Origin: the human T2T-CHM13v2.0 reference genome, Homo sapiens
Length of the DNA: 64,000 nucleotides
Assembly: GCF_009914755.1 (NCBI RefSeq)
Contig: NC_060927.1
Strand: one strand, 5' to 3'
The position numbers and the translations under genes are program-made. The notes beneath the pieces were generated by a model that had not been told where the DNA came from, searched no databases, and saw only the letters and a list, made by a program, of their open reading frames with translations. This document shows, piece after piece, positions 17,066 through 30,859 of this stretch. Within the stretch, counting starts at the first letter, position 1, and each line of letters begins with the position of its first letter.

Positions 17066-20000
17066 TAGTTCATAATTTTCTGTATTATCTTCTTCTAGCA
17101 CTCCAAAATAAATGTATGCTAAGATTTCTCACACCATTTTTTCTCTTAATATCTCTTTTCTACTTCCTTTTTCTGAATTATGTTTTTAAAATAACATTGT
17201 AATTTTTGAAGCAGTCTAATTTCCTTTTTAAGTTTTTATAATATTCTGTTTCATACATTTAATTACTTTTTAGAATTTTAGTGATGTTTTTAGTTGACAG
17301 TTTGCCTAGTTATATTTTAAAGCCTGTTTCTTAATCTCTTTTGATGTCTACTTTCATTCTTATTAATACTTATACATTTATATTATTTTCTGTCTCTGAT
17401 AATTATAATATTTTGTGTTTGCATATCCCATTCTTTTTGTTTTTTTCTTGATCAATAATTCTTGTGTTTATTAAGTATTAATTTTTTTTAAATCATGGTC
17501 TGAAGAATTCTTTGACATCTTTTGGATGATTTATATTTCTTGGTTCTGGTTGCCTAAGGATACTAACAATCCGGGAATACTTTATTGTCAGCTAAAGAAT
17601 TTCTAGAAGACTTGAATTGTTTAGATTTGGATCACAAACTTATGTGAGGGTAGATTTGTCAAAAAATTATTTCCTATTAATTCTTTCACTAAGGGCTTGC
17701 CTTCCAGAAGCCAAGTTTCTCTGTTTTTTTTAGTATCTCTATTCATATTCTCGAACTTGATTGGGGCTCATAAAACAATAGAACCAAATCTTAATATCAC
17801 TAGTGATTTCCAGATGACTTAGGGGATGCTGGTAGCTTTAATCTTCCCATGCCTTTCTGAATTTTGAAATTCCTTGCCTGTATAAAGATCAAATTATGAG
17901 TGTAATATTGTAATAATTCCATTCCATTGTATTATCTGAGTTTTGGCAACTATTAGGTAGGTGTAACCCACAGACACTATGAATACTCTACTTAATCTTT
18001 AATGATTGTTTTCTTAATTTTCAAGAAAAGCATCTTGTCTATTAATAAAATGTATCAAATCACATCCTTTGAGCAGGAAAATATATCTTTCCAGGAACAA
18101 CACAGCAGGCTGACTGTGCAATTAATATCTTCCTTCAATCTTATTTATAAAATGGCCATAGTTATATCTATGTTTTTCTTTGGAGTCCACTCTGAAAAAG
18201 GAAAACATGAAGAAGTGAAAAAAAAAATAGAATGAAAAAACAGAATATATGTGTCTTTGCATTTGTATAACTTTCTGTGAAGTGAGATTATAATTTTATA
18301 TGGTCATATTTAAGATACTTTCATGTACACAATACATGTTAGAGAAATATACAAATAGTTTAATAAGTATTCCAAGATCAAAGGACATGAGATGAGTGCT
18401 TCAGGGGACAGAGAATAAAATGAGGGGAGAGCTAAATTTTGATTTACAAAGAGGTTGAAAAAATAAAACATAATGATCTTCAGTTGTATTTCAAAGAGTT
18501 TCTTGAAAGTCAAGGTAGATATATTAACTGTCTACTTTCTTTCTTTTTGATATTCTGCTACTGTACAAGGGCCTACCATTTGTTCAAATAAAACAATGTT
18601 GATTTCAGCATATACATACATATGCACATATGCACACATATACATATACATAAAGTATAAATATATATAAATATATATTTTTATAGAAAATATAGGTTGA
18701 AGCTTGTTTGGAAAGTACAGGAAACACATTAAAGACATCAGGGTACTCGAATATGACTTGGGATAAATTATTTTTTAAAAATCATTTTTTTTCATTTTCT
18801 CATAAAAGTTTGGAAACTTACAATATTTATATTTACATAATGTTCTACCATAATCTAGTGCAGTAGACAAGTAATTAAGCCCTACACAATTTAAGTTATC
18901 TATTACTTAAAGCAGTGAAATTTCACTGCTTCTGAAAAGACTTCAAGGTCTCCCAGTAATCATTATATAAAGTTGCAAATCAGCAAGATAGTTTAAAATG
19001 TCCTTTATGACCTGATCTTTACGGACTTCTCCAGCTTCACCTGTGGTCAATTCTCAGTATACTACAGCAAACCTGAGTTCTTTTACATAACCTTGAACAT
19101 GACACACTTTCTTCTCTGAGTGCACATGCTGTTTTCTCTAATTCGCTCATAAATCTTATCTATCTATGATCTTTGAAGTCACATGCTTTAGGAAGAAATC
19201 ACTGGTTTCGTAAGAATGGATTACATGCTCTTCCAGTGTGATCTCATAACCCCCTGTACTTCTCATGGCTTTGTATTTCCTGAACGTTCTCTTTTTTTGT
19301 ATAGTACTCTAATAATCTGTTTCTATCTCACTCTATATTTTATTCCTGCTATTAGTAATAAGTGTTATTTGAGCTCCCACCAAGTTCCAGGCTCTGTGTT
19401 AATTGCTCAACATGGATTACTTTATTTCACAGAATGTAAGACCACCTTTATTCTGTATAGAAAACATTACCAAATGTAATCAGAAAACACCACTGATTAT
19501 CCATTGCATTCTGTTTTAAAGACAGTGAAAAGTGAGAAAAAAAGGAAGCACCTTGGGATCAGTGGAAAATGTTATTGTGTATAATCTTCACAGCAACCAT
19601 ACAAGGAAGTTGCCAGTAAACACAATTTATGACAGAAGAAAGAAGAAATTTAAAAACCTCCCAAGATAAATGCCAAAGTTTGAATTTCAACATACTAAGT
19701 TTGATGTAAAAGATCGGTCTCTTGACAATCTTACTTTTATTGTAAAATATGCAAGAATAAGAGACAAGTTTATCATGCTTAATATTGAAGCTCTAGTGCT
19801 CAGCACAAAATAAGAGCTCGATAAATATTGCTGAATTAAATAATGAACATATTAAAAAGGTAATTTATTAATTAGGATACAGCTAAGACAAGAGACTAGG
19901 TTTTCTCAGTCAAAATCTAGTACCTGTGCCAAACACTGTGATGGTCAAAGACACTAATTTGATGTTTGCTAGACTGAGAATTAACAAGTTTCTACACTCA

Positions 20001-20339
20001 ATCATTTTATAAAATTAATGAAATAAGACTAATATCCATGGAATAACAATAACTGATCATATAAAAGGAGGTCATCTATGATTAAGTATTAAACTAAGCT
20101 GGAATAGTCAGGGAAGAGAATAACAGCAATATAGGATTTGAAGGAAACCAAGTAGGAAGCAGAGTCTGAGCAGTCAGAGCTCCTATAAATGGTATCTTCA
20201 GGTTTAGGCAAACTGATAGAGGTCCTGAGGAACAGAGGAAAAAATTAATTCTTAATTTATTAGAAATAAATATTAGAATAGTGAAATATTAGAGTAAAAA
20301 TAGCTAAGTAAAACAGTCCATAATTCAAAGTTTTTAAAA

Positions 20340-21480
20340 AAATTATGTCAATTTTTACTGGAGTATAACATACATACAGAAAAATGCAGAAATCATAATC
20401 AGAGAGCTTGATGAATTTTTATAAAGTGAACACACCCACATGTAACCAGAATGCAGATCAGGAGACAGAAATTGCTAGCATACCAGAAGCTCCCCTCACA
20501 CTGTTTTCTAGGTATTATCCTCCATCAAATTAACTGTGATCCTGGCTTCTAATACCACAAACCAAGTTTGCCAATTTTGAACCTTAGACAAAAGAGAATG
20601 ACATGATATGTACTCTTTTATGACTGCCTTTTCTTACTCAACATTTTATTTGTTACATTCATTCATATGTTGTGTGGTAATAGTATCGTTGTTTTCATTG
20701 CTACGTGGTATTCCATTGTATGAATATAATACAGTTTTTACATTCTACGGAAGATGACATTTGGTTTGTTTCCAGTTTGAGGTTATCAAAAATACTGCTG
20801 CTATAAACATTGATGAGCATTTGAATGCGTTTCAGTTGGATAGATAAGAGTGGAATTTCTCTGGTGCATAGGTTCAGCTCTAGTAGATTACTGTCAAACA
20901 GTTTTCCAAAGTGGTTTTCCTAATTCTGGATGTTCCACATCCTTATGAAAACTTACCATATTTTAAATTTTTGGGCCACTTGGATACCCTCTTCCATGAA
21001 ATGCGTATTTTAGCCTTTTGCTGGATTTTCTATGAGCTTCTATGTTTTCTTGTTCTTCGTAGTCATATTCTGGATATGAGTCCTTTGTTGGTTATATGTA
21101 TTGAGAATATCTTTTGCCATTCTGTGGCTCGTTTTTTCACTCTTTTAATAGTATCTTTTGATTAAGATGTTCATCGTTTTGAGGTAGTTCACTTTTTCGG
21201 TTGTTTTGTTTTGTTTTTTTTGAGACGGAGTATCGCTCTGTCGCCCATGCTGTAGGTGCAGTGGTAGAATCTCGGCTCACTGCAAAAAGGTAGTTCAGTT
21301 TTTCAGATGTTTTCCTTTGTGGCTTATTTATTTTGTGTGTGTCCATTGAGTAAAATCTGTGTGTGTTCCAAAGTCATAAGGGTATTCTTCCATTTTCTTG
21401 TGAAACCATTATTGTTTTACTGTTTACATTTAGACTTGCAATTCATGTGGCATTGGCTTTTATGTATGGTGAAAGGTAGA
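20340..21480 (-). mobile_element. Old L1M 3' fragment
   Basis: Antisense L1ME/MC-like 3' UTR motifs (gtattccattgtatgaatata, tttccagtttg). Confidence 0.7.
21199..21286 (-). mobile_element. Heavily 5'-truncated Alu (about 65 bp of right arm plus tail)
   Basis: tttgagacggagtatcgctctgtcgccc...ctcggctcactgcaa; TSD aggtagttca(c/g)tttttc at 21182-21198 and 21288-21304. Confidence 0.9.
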
Positions 21481-21875
21481 AAATATAGTTTTGAGTCTTC
21501 CAATTACTGCAATACTGTGGAATACAGATGGGATATCTATAGAAAGTAGTGAAATTGTATGCAAGAGGCTATAACTAATGACACCACCAGAATAACATCT
21601 AACCAAATGAATAGGAGAATGTCTATCAGGATACCATAATGTATTTATGAAAAGAAGAGAAAATTTCAATATGTAGATGGATATGAATATGTGAATGTTG
21701 TTAACAATGTTTGAGAAACTTTGGACTCATCTGATGATTTTGGAATCATAAACATGAATTCCAGGTATAAATATGTCAATTTTTCTGTTCAAATCTGAAA
21801 TCAATAATGATATTATTATTTTTAGTAATATCTGACCATTAAAAATATTCAGTGGGTAGAATTCCTTCACATCTG

Positions 21876-22128
21876 TTTTTTTGTTGTTGTTATTTTGTTT
21901 TTTGTTTGTTTTTTGAGACGGAGTCTCACTCTGTCACCCAGGCTGGAGTTCAGTGGCTCACTGCAACCCCCACCTCCCAGGTTCAAGCAATTCTCTGCCT
22001 CAGCCTCCTGAGTAGCTGGGATTATAGGTGCTCGCCACAACGCCTGGCTAACTTTTGTATTATTAGTAGAGATGGGGTTTCACCATCTTGGACAGCTGGT
22101 CTTAAACTCCTGACCTCATGATCCACCC
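21876..22128 (-). mobile_element. AluS, 5'-truncated, with a small internal deletion
   Basis: ttttgagacggagtctcactctgtcacccaggctgg...cctgacctcatgatccaccc, followed by non-Alu sequence. Confidence 0.9.
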
Positions 22129-22229
22129 ATAATAATTAAGTGACAAATAACTTGAAACAGTATTTAAAATAGTCATTTTATAAAGAGCTTAATTTTAACA
22201 TTTTTAATAATTTCTTTTATTTTTAATGT

Positions 22230-22751
22230 GTCCACATCTTTATTAAGGTACGGTTGACAAATAAGATTTGTAGATAGAATGTATTTATGGTGTACTACAT
22301 AATATTTGGATAAGTATATACACTATGAAGTGATTAAATTAAACTCATTAACATATCTATCATATTTTTTCATGGTGAGAACATTTAAGATCTACTACTC
22401 TCTTAGCAATTTTCAAGTATACAATAAATTATTATTGACTATAGTCAACATACCGTACAATGGATCTCCAAAATTTACTCAAGTTATCTAACTGAAACTT
22501 TATATTCTTTGACCAATACCTCCCCATTCCCTGCCTACCTGTTCTCATCCCTCAGCAACCATTCGTCTCTTTCCCAGTATGACTTTGATTTTTTAGATGA
22601 TTTTATAAATTTTAGATTTTATAAATGAAATCATGTATAAGCCGTGCCAGCTTATTTCACTCAACGTACTGTCCTCCAGGTTCTACCATGTTGTCAGAAA
22701 TGACAAGATTTTCTTCTTTTTTAAGGCTGAAGAGTGTTCCTCTATCTCTCT

Positions 22752-22795
<44 letters not shown>

Positions 22796-23280
22796 TACAT
22801 TTTCCTTACCCATTTATCAGTCAATGAACACTTAGGTTGATCTGTATCTTGGCTATTGTGAATAATGCTGCCATGAACATGATCGTGCAGATATCCCTCT
22901 AACATATTGATTTTGTTTCCTTTTGACAGATGCCAAGAAACGGGATTGCTGGATTATATGGCAGTTCCATTTTTAATTTTATGAGGAATCTTCATACTGT
23001 TTTCCATATTGGCTGTACTAATTTACATTCCCATCAACAATGTACAAGTGTTCTCTCTTTCCCAGATCCTTGCCAACACTTGTTATCTTTAGTCTTTTTT
23101 TGTTATAGCCATTCTAGCAGTTATGAGGTAATATTTTACTGCATTTTGAATTTGCATTTCTCTGATGTTTGTTAATGTTGAACTTTTCCCTCCCATATAT
23201 CTGCTGGCCATTTGTATGTCTTTTTTTGAGAAAAAATGTCTATTTAGGTCGTTTGATCATTTTTTTGAATAGGTTATTTC
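22230..23280 (-). mobile_element. L1MA-type 3' portion, containing (TG)n at 22755-22793
   Basis: atggtgagaacatttaagatctactactctcttagcaattttcaagtatac; antisense ORF2 C-terminal motifs. Confidence 0.85.
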
Positions 23281-24390
23281 TCAACTCTTCCAAACAGTTG
23301 AAGGACAGAGCACACTTAAAACTCATTTTATGAGATCAGAATTATCTTGATGCCAAATCTGGACAGGGATACCACAAGACAATAAAATCACAGGCCAATG
23401 TCACTGATGAACATAGAGGCAAAAATCCTTGACAAAATACTAGCAAGGCAAAATCCACAGCACATTAAAAGGATCATACACCATGATCAAGTAGCATTTA
23501 TCTCTGGGATGCAAGGATGGTTCAACACAAGCAAATAAATCAATGTGATGCACACATTAACAGAAATAAAAATAAAAATATAGTCATCTCAATAGATTCA
23601 GAAAAATCATTTGACAAAATTCAACATCCCTTTATGATGAAGATGCTCAACAAATTAAGCACAGAATGTACCTCCATATACTAAAAACCATGTATGACAA
23701 GCAGAAAGCAAGCATGATATTCAATGGTGAAAAGCTGAAATCTTTTCCTCCAAGATCAAGAACAAGACAAGGATGCCCACTCTTGCCATTTCAATTCAGT
23801 ATTGTATTAGTCCGTTTTCATGCTGCTGATAAAGACGTACCCAAGACTAAAAAGAAAAAGAGGTTTACTTGGACTCACAGTTCCACATGGCTGAGGAGGA
23901 CTCAGAATCATGGCAGTAGGTGAAAGGCACTTCTTACATGGCAGTGGCAAGAGAAAATGAGGAGGAAACAAAAGTGGAAACCCCTGATAAGCTCACTGGA
24001 TCTCATGAGACTTATTCATTATCATGAGAATAGCATGGGAAAGACCAGCGCCATGATTCAATTACCTCCCCCTGGGTCCATCCTACAACAGGTAGGAATT
24101 CTAGGAGATACAATTCAAGTTGATATTTAGCTGGGGACATAGCCAAACCATATCAATATAGTACTAGAAGTTCTAGCCAGAGCAATTAGGAAAGGAAAAG
24201 AAATAAACTGCTTCAAGTTGGAAAGAAAGAAATAATATTTTCTCTGTTTGCAGATGACATGATCTTGTTTATACAAAACCCTAAAGACCCCAACACAAAA
24301 ACTGTTCAAGCTAATAAACAAATTTAGAAAAGTTGCAAGATACAAAATCAACATACAAAATAGTAGTGTTCTTGTACACTAGCAACAGAC
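23281..24390 (+). mobile_element. L1M ORF2 (RT region) fragment in the opposite orientation, interrupted by THE1
   Basis: ORF 23666-23923 includes FNGEKLKSFP.RS.TRQGCPL; ctctgtttgcagatgacatg (FADDM) at ~24242-24261. Confidence 0.88.
23803..24155 (-). mobile_element. THE1 (THE1A-like) MaLR solo LTR
   Basis: tgtattagtccgttttcatgctgctgataaagac ... ggggacatagccaaaccatatca; ~353 bp with TG...CA ends. Confidence 0.92.
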
Positions 24391-24945
24391 TATTTTAAAT
24401 TATTTTAAATGGTTATTTGAGTTTTCTGACCAATAATAGTAAGATAATAATAATGGTAATAATAATGGCTACAAATTGGTCCTTTCTATTTTTACTTATA
24501 TTTTATTTAAATATCAGACATATTATTCTTATATTGACTTATCATGGTCAAAGGTTACTTCAAGACAATTCGTAACATGGGAAAGAACACAAGGCTAGTA
24601 CTTCAATAGCACACTCTGCTTTTCCAATATTTTTAACATGTGAGTTTACTAATGTTCATCCTTAAGGTATCTCATAAAGGTCATATCCACAAAAAGAGTC
24701 ATCCCCATTTTATGGGTGCAGTGCAGATCTAGCCTAAGATCTCTGCTGAAAATTGAGCATGTTCATATGTGGTGCAACACTAAATGATTGTCAAGGAGAA
24801 GGAGTAAAGATGAGAGAATTGTTGGCCAACTCCCTAAAGAAACATTTTTGAAGTCTTAACATTCATTTATATTTCTACTGCCTTGTAATAGTTGAAAAAG
24901 CTCAGACAAAAACTTTAGCCTTGCAGAATTAAATGCTATAAAAAG

Positions 24946-25525
24946 GCTTTTATTTTCTTGCAATTGTTTAAATTCCTTATACGTTTTAGATAATAACCCC
25001 TTGTTGAGTATATGTTTGCAAATATTTTCTCCCATTTCATAGGTTGTCTCTTCACTCTGTGATATCTGCTGTGCAGAACTTTTTGTTTGTTTCATGCAAT
25101 CCCATTTGCCTGTTTTTGCTTTTGTTGCTTGTGCTTTTGGATGCGTTTTTAAAAATCATTGCCCAAACCATTGCTGTGGAGCATCTCTCTTCTGTTTCCT
25201 GCTAGTAGTTTCACAGTTTTCAGGTCTTAGGTTTCAGTCTTTAGCTTATTTTGAGTTTGTTTGTGTGTTGTGAAATAAGGGTCTAATTTAATTCTTCTGC
25301 ACGTGGTTATCCAGTTTTCCCAACACCATTTATTAAAGAGACTGTCTTTTCTTCATTACGTGCTGTCAGCAACTCTGTCAAAGATCAATTGACCATAAAT
25401 ATGTGGATTTATTTCTGGGCTCTCTATTCTGTTCCATGGGTCTTTGTGTCAGTTTTTATACCAGTACCATGCTGCTTTGGTTACTATGGCCTGATACTAT
25501 ATTTTGAAATCAGCGTGATGCCTCT
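24946..25525 (-). mobile_element. L1M ORF2 fragment continuing the 22230-23280 element
   Basis: tttgcaaatattttctcccatt, gttttcccaacaccatttattaaagagactgtc. Confidence 0.85.
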
Positions 25526-25529
25526 TAAA

Positions 25530-27350
25530 AGTTTTCTTGAGGCATAATAAGCATACAATAAACTTTGCATGTTTAAAGTAGACAATTTGACAAGTTTTGA
25601 CATATGTAGACAGCTTTGAAAATATCACTATCATCAATATAATAAACACATTCATTACTCCAAATGTTTCATTTTTCTTTGTAATTTCTTCCTCATATTT
25701 CTTCCTATGCTCTGCCTTTCCAGCAATCAATTATCTACTTTCTGTCAACATAGATTAGTTCTAGCATTTTCTAGAATTCTATGTAAATGGAATCACACAG
25801 TTTGTATTATTTTATCCCTGGCTTATTTTATTTTGCATAATTATTTTGAGATTCTTCTATGTTGTAGTGCAGGGGTCAGCAAATATTTTTATGCAAAGGG
25901 CCATACAGTAAATCTCCTAGGGTTGGTGGGTCATAGAAGGTCTCTGTCTCATCTTCTTTGTTTATTTACAACCCTTAAATATTTGAAAAACACTCTTAGC
26001 TTGTGGATTATACTAAAAGAGAGCATAGACCGTGTTAGCCCAGGGTCATAGTTTGTCTATTTTGTTGAAGTTCTTTCCTTTTCTTAACAGTTATTATTCC
26101 ATTTCATGGAGAAACCACCTTTTGTTTATCTATTCATCTATTGGTGAATATTTGGTTTGGTTACAGCTTTCGGTCATTAAAAAATAAAGCTGACATGAAG
26201 ATCCCTGTATAAGTCTGGGTGTGAACATTTATTTCCCTTTCTCTATGCTAAATACATAGTACTAAAATGCCTAGCGGATATATTTTGGAAACTGCCAAAA
26301 TATTTTTCAAAGGTGTTCGCACCATTTTTCTTTTGCGCCAACAGTGTATGGAAGTTCTAATAACTTTACATTCCAGTCAACAAATGATAAAATTAGTCAT
26401 TTAAAATTGTAGAAATTTTAATCAGTGCATAGGAGTAACCCATTGCAATTTTAATTTGTATTTCCCTACTGTCTAATGATGTTGAGCACTTTTAATGTGC
26501 TTAGTGGCTGTCTATATATCTTCTTTGGTGAAGTGTGTGTTCTATACTTTTGTTTACTATAAAGAAAAAAACTAGGTTGACTGTTTTATCATCGGCTTTT
26601 GAATACTTTTTATGTATTCTAGATTTAAGTTCTTTATCAGATTTGTGATTTGTAAACATTTTCCCCAGTCTACAGCTAGTCTTTTCATTCTCTTACCAGT
26701 GTCTTTTGAAGAGAAATATTTAATTTTGATTACCTTCAAATTATTATTTTTTAATGCATTGTAGGTTTAGTGTCTTATCTAAGAAATTATTTTCCAACCT
26801 AGTCACAAAGGTTTTCTCCTATGTTCTTCTAAAAGAAGTTATCCTTTTAGGTTTTACATAGTTCATGATCCAATTTTACTTAACATTTTGAGAATGATAT
26901 ATGGTATAGATTGGTTGTAGCACAGACATACTGGTGATGAATTATTTTAGCTTTCAGATGACTGAACAAGTCTGTACTTTGCCATTATTTTTGAAAGATA
27001 TTTTCACTGACTATAAAATTCTAGATTGCCAAATGTTTTTTCAATAATCTTTTATTTGACTGCTGCTGGCTTACATAATTTCCAACAGATTTCTGCTATC
27101 TTTTTTATTTTTTGTCCTTTGTATGTAATTTGTCCTTTTTTTCCACTGGATACTTTTATAATTTTCTCTTTATAAATGATTTTAAGGAATCTGGTTATGA
27201 TGTGTCTTGGTATAGTTTTCTACACAATTCTTACACTTTGGATTTCTTTAACTTTTACACACATGGGCTTATAATTTTATCAAATTTGGGAAATGTTCAG
27301 TCCTATTCTCTGAATTATTTTTTTCTTTCTTTCTCCCACTTCTGTCTCCT
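25530..27350 (-). mobile_element. Old L1M (MB/MC/MD-type) fragments
   Basis: Degenerate antisense L1 3' UTR/ORF2 motifs; boundaries approximate. Confidence 0.65.
25870..26057. mobile_element. MER58-family (hAT-Charlie) DNA transposon
   Basis: caggggtcagcaaatattttt.tgcaaagggcca start and gggtcatagtttg end. Confidence 0.75.
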
Positions 27351-28474
27351 ATGATTACCTTAATTATTTTTTATCTGGCCACAAACTAAAGTTTTACCTT
27401 AAGATTTACCCAAAAATAATTTCTGAGTTTCATAAAGGCCAAGGAAAATGGAGAAGTATGAGCTATTATAAGATATAAAATGTCCATATAAAAAGCACAT
27501 CATTTCTCACAAAAACTGAGATATTCAAGCAATGGGTACTGTGAGTCCCAGGAGGGCAGTACTCATCACCTATGGAGTTTGTCACATTTTCTATATTTAC
27601 CATGGAATAAATTAGGATTTTAGAATTTTGGTAATTTTGAAAAATAAAGCTATAGTAGTTCCCCCAAAATGTACCACTTTCTTTAAGAAGAAAATGTTCA
27701 TTATATCCCATAAAGTTTTATAGACATCACCAATATTCAGGAAGTGTCCTGAGGGGGAAAAAGGGCATATTACAGCACAGAAATTGGTTAAGAGACAAAA
27801 TCAAACATGGTAAAAAATGTCATCAAAACAATTAATAGAGATGATAAAAATTAAACAAATATTTGTTTATCCTAAATCCTCAGTTATTTATTATTGAGAT
27901 AAATTATCTTACATACTTCCAACTCTCAAATAGAATGAGAAAAAAAAACTAATGAGGTCCCTTCATATGGAGCAAATTTATAACATGTGAAAGACATTGA
28001 ATATTAAATGTACCTTTGTAGCTTCACAAAATTTATTTTAGCTTTATATGGAAGACCGCAGCAGTGGCATAATTAGTGAGGTTTTATAAAGAGAAATGCC
28101 TTCCATTCCTATTCATTTTTCCAGCATGGTTAATATTAATGGTTGAACGGAAGGACATAGTGCCTGGCACCTAGTACGTACTTTAAAAATGTTTTTAGAA
28201 ATGAATGTCGCTTCTTCCAGATCTTCAACCATCATTTTTTCAAGATCAATTCTAGGCTGAGCAAGAGTGAAACTGGAAGTGAGAGAAACAGATATTGCCA
28301 GGATGGTGAGTGAGAGAGAGGGATTAAAACAGACAGAGAGGGGAGAATAGCAGTAACATGTTCTCCATTGCCCAGGACTGTTTAAGATGTGTATATGCTG
28401 ATACAAATATCCGCATCCTGGCATTGGAGATAACAAATTTTGACTTCAGTTTGAAAAGTTGTAGCTTACTGACA

Positions 28475-28510
28475 TATTCATATATGCAAATTATTTGCAT
28501 AAACATTGTA
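28475..28510. promoter_or_regulatory. Candidate POU-factor element: palindromic double octamer
   Basis: tATGCAAAT-t-ATTTGCATa (28483-28501), with flanking TATTCAT, TAAACA and CATTGT. Confidence 0.35.
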
Positions 28511-30427
28511 TTAAGAGAATGCATGAGACAAGATTCCCTCTGTGGCCACAGAGAGGTGAATGTGCTAGTGGGACTATCGCTATCACTGGCTTTACATGAC
28601 TCTACTTGGAATGGCTGCTCTTTGTCTGGCCTCAAAATGTACTCCTTGCATCTGTTACCATGACACATACCTTTCCTAACTTCCTCATGCATTTAGGAAT
28701 ATTTCATTTATCCAAGTATAGTAAATAGTGAAAAATGAGCTCATGGTTTGGTCAAAGTCTCTCAAATTGTAAAAACACAATTGAATCACTGAGCATTACT
28801 AACATACATCATAAAATCACACGTATCAAATAAGCAAACAAACAAAAAGCCAGAGTCAATTGACAAGCGGAGGTTAAATCCTTGCAACACATAGCAATAC
28901 AGGTCCTATGTTTGGTATCTGAACTTCTTAAAAACTTTCTGGAATTTCACCAAGTCTGTCTCATCAGAATTCATTTCCCCTGCCAAAGCATTCCATAAGT
29001 GTGGATGAGATAAAACTGCAACACAGAAACATATGGGCAGAAGATAAAAGGAGATCAGTGAGCAGGAAAATATGTTTCTTAAAATCTGTGCTGCAGTCAT
29101 TTTTCTTCTCAGTTTTGTTGTTTGTTATGCCTTTGAATGCCCATAGACAACATTAAGAGTGTTTCTACACAACAGCAAAAGAATAAATCAGTTCAGACCA
29201 AAAAGAGTCAATTGCATTAAGAAAATAACAACAAAACCAACATCCACATCAACAAATGATGTCAAGTTGTTTGGTGTTTCATAAGAAATTGGTTGATTTG
29301 TTTGTTTTGTATGCACAGCCAGAATGACTAGTGACAAAGGTAGGTTCTTCATTTATAATTTGCTTTACCTGTGATTATAAGTGCTTTAAATATCCATGTT
29401 CTATTGTGCTTTATGCAGTGTTTACTGTCACATGTCCTCTGTTTTCCCCAAAGTACTATGTATGAAAACTGAGTGAGTTTTCATAAACAGGAAAATGAAA
29501 TTTGAGAAACGGTCTCATGTTATAACTAGGCAGGCTTCCTTGAGTTAGTGAGATGGCAAATAGATATTTTTCTGAATATCACTTTTCCTAGAAACATTTA
29601 TTTTCTGTGGTGTAGGTAATGTTAAAACCATTGATTTAAACTATTTTCTTACTTGATTTTTCTCAGTAATAAATTCTCAATTCTGTTTATTTTGCTCTTT
29701 TATTTTGCTACAAATGGTTGAATAAATTCTCCAAGCCACTGATTGGCAGTTGGGGTAGTACTTACTTGTCTCAAGTCCAAGATTTGCTAGGACAAATCTA
29801 TTATGCTATTTTGTTAAATAGTGCCCATACATTCTGAAGTATTCTAACCATCTAAGTTATGAAATAAAAAATTGAATCCAAAAATTGAATTAAATAAGCA
29901 AGAGCTTTAACAAAAATGTGCAGATGAAAATAATTGTTGGTAGTGAAATGAAGAAACTTGTTGAAAAGTTTCATAATTGCTTTAAAGAAAGCAAACATGC
30001 TCACCTTTTTATTTTAATTCCATAGCTAAACACATAATTTACATATTAGTTGTGCCTGTCAAATCTCCAAGAAAAAAATACACCTCCTAATGAATAAAGC
30101 TTCTTGGACATAACCTTAAGATAAACTATCCTTGAGGGCAACTTTAGCTCCCAGAAATTGAGCCAAAACATGGGTAATCAGAGAAATTAGAAGAAAATAA
30201 GGTGCAGTGTTTCAAGAGAGGAAACAAACTAGCAATAACTTCATTTATTCACATTTGGTTTTTAATTTCAAATCCTCAGATTCAACTAGAAACCTGAGAA
30301 TTTAGAATGACCTGTCTTGCACTGCAAAAGGCAGACTTCCCACAAAGATCTGTTGAATTAATGAATAAATGAGTGAATGGATATGCTTAAAGCTGAGTTC
30401 AATAAACTAACTGGAAAGAAAACACAC

Positions 30428-30787
30428 TGTCTCCATTTGTTTGGGCCACTGTAACAAAATATCATAAAATGGGTGGCTTATAAACAACAGAAATTTATTT
30501 TTTACAGTTCTGGATGCTGGGAAGCCCAAGATCAAGGTGCTGTCAGATTTGGTATTTGGTGAAGTTCTGCCTTCTGGTTCATAGGAAACTCCTTGCCATG
30601 TCGTCATGTGTAGAAAGGGCAAGGCAGCTCTCTGGGGCCTCTTTTTACAAGGGCACTAATTCCATTCAAGAGGGCAGCCCCTTCATGATCTAATCACCTC
30701 TGAAAGGCCCCAGTTCCTAATACTATTATATTGGTTATTAGGTATCAAAATGAATTTTTTTGGGCAGCACAAACATTTAGACTATAA
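30428..30787 (-). mobile_element. MaLR solo LTR (MSTD/MLT1A-like)
   Basis: gggtggcttataaacaacagaaatttatt...gggaagcccaagatcaaggtg. Confidence 0.82.
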
Positions 30788-30859
30788 TTCTGCCTAATGG
30801 GTTTTTTGATCTTCAAACTATCTTTGAAATATAGTTATTAATAATAGTTGCTAATTTAA

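Noticed and set aside
21490-21750. Coding-looking purine-rich stretch
   Set aside because: The frames I translated contain stops and no recognisable protein; possibly an old transposon relic, but unsupported.
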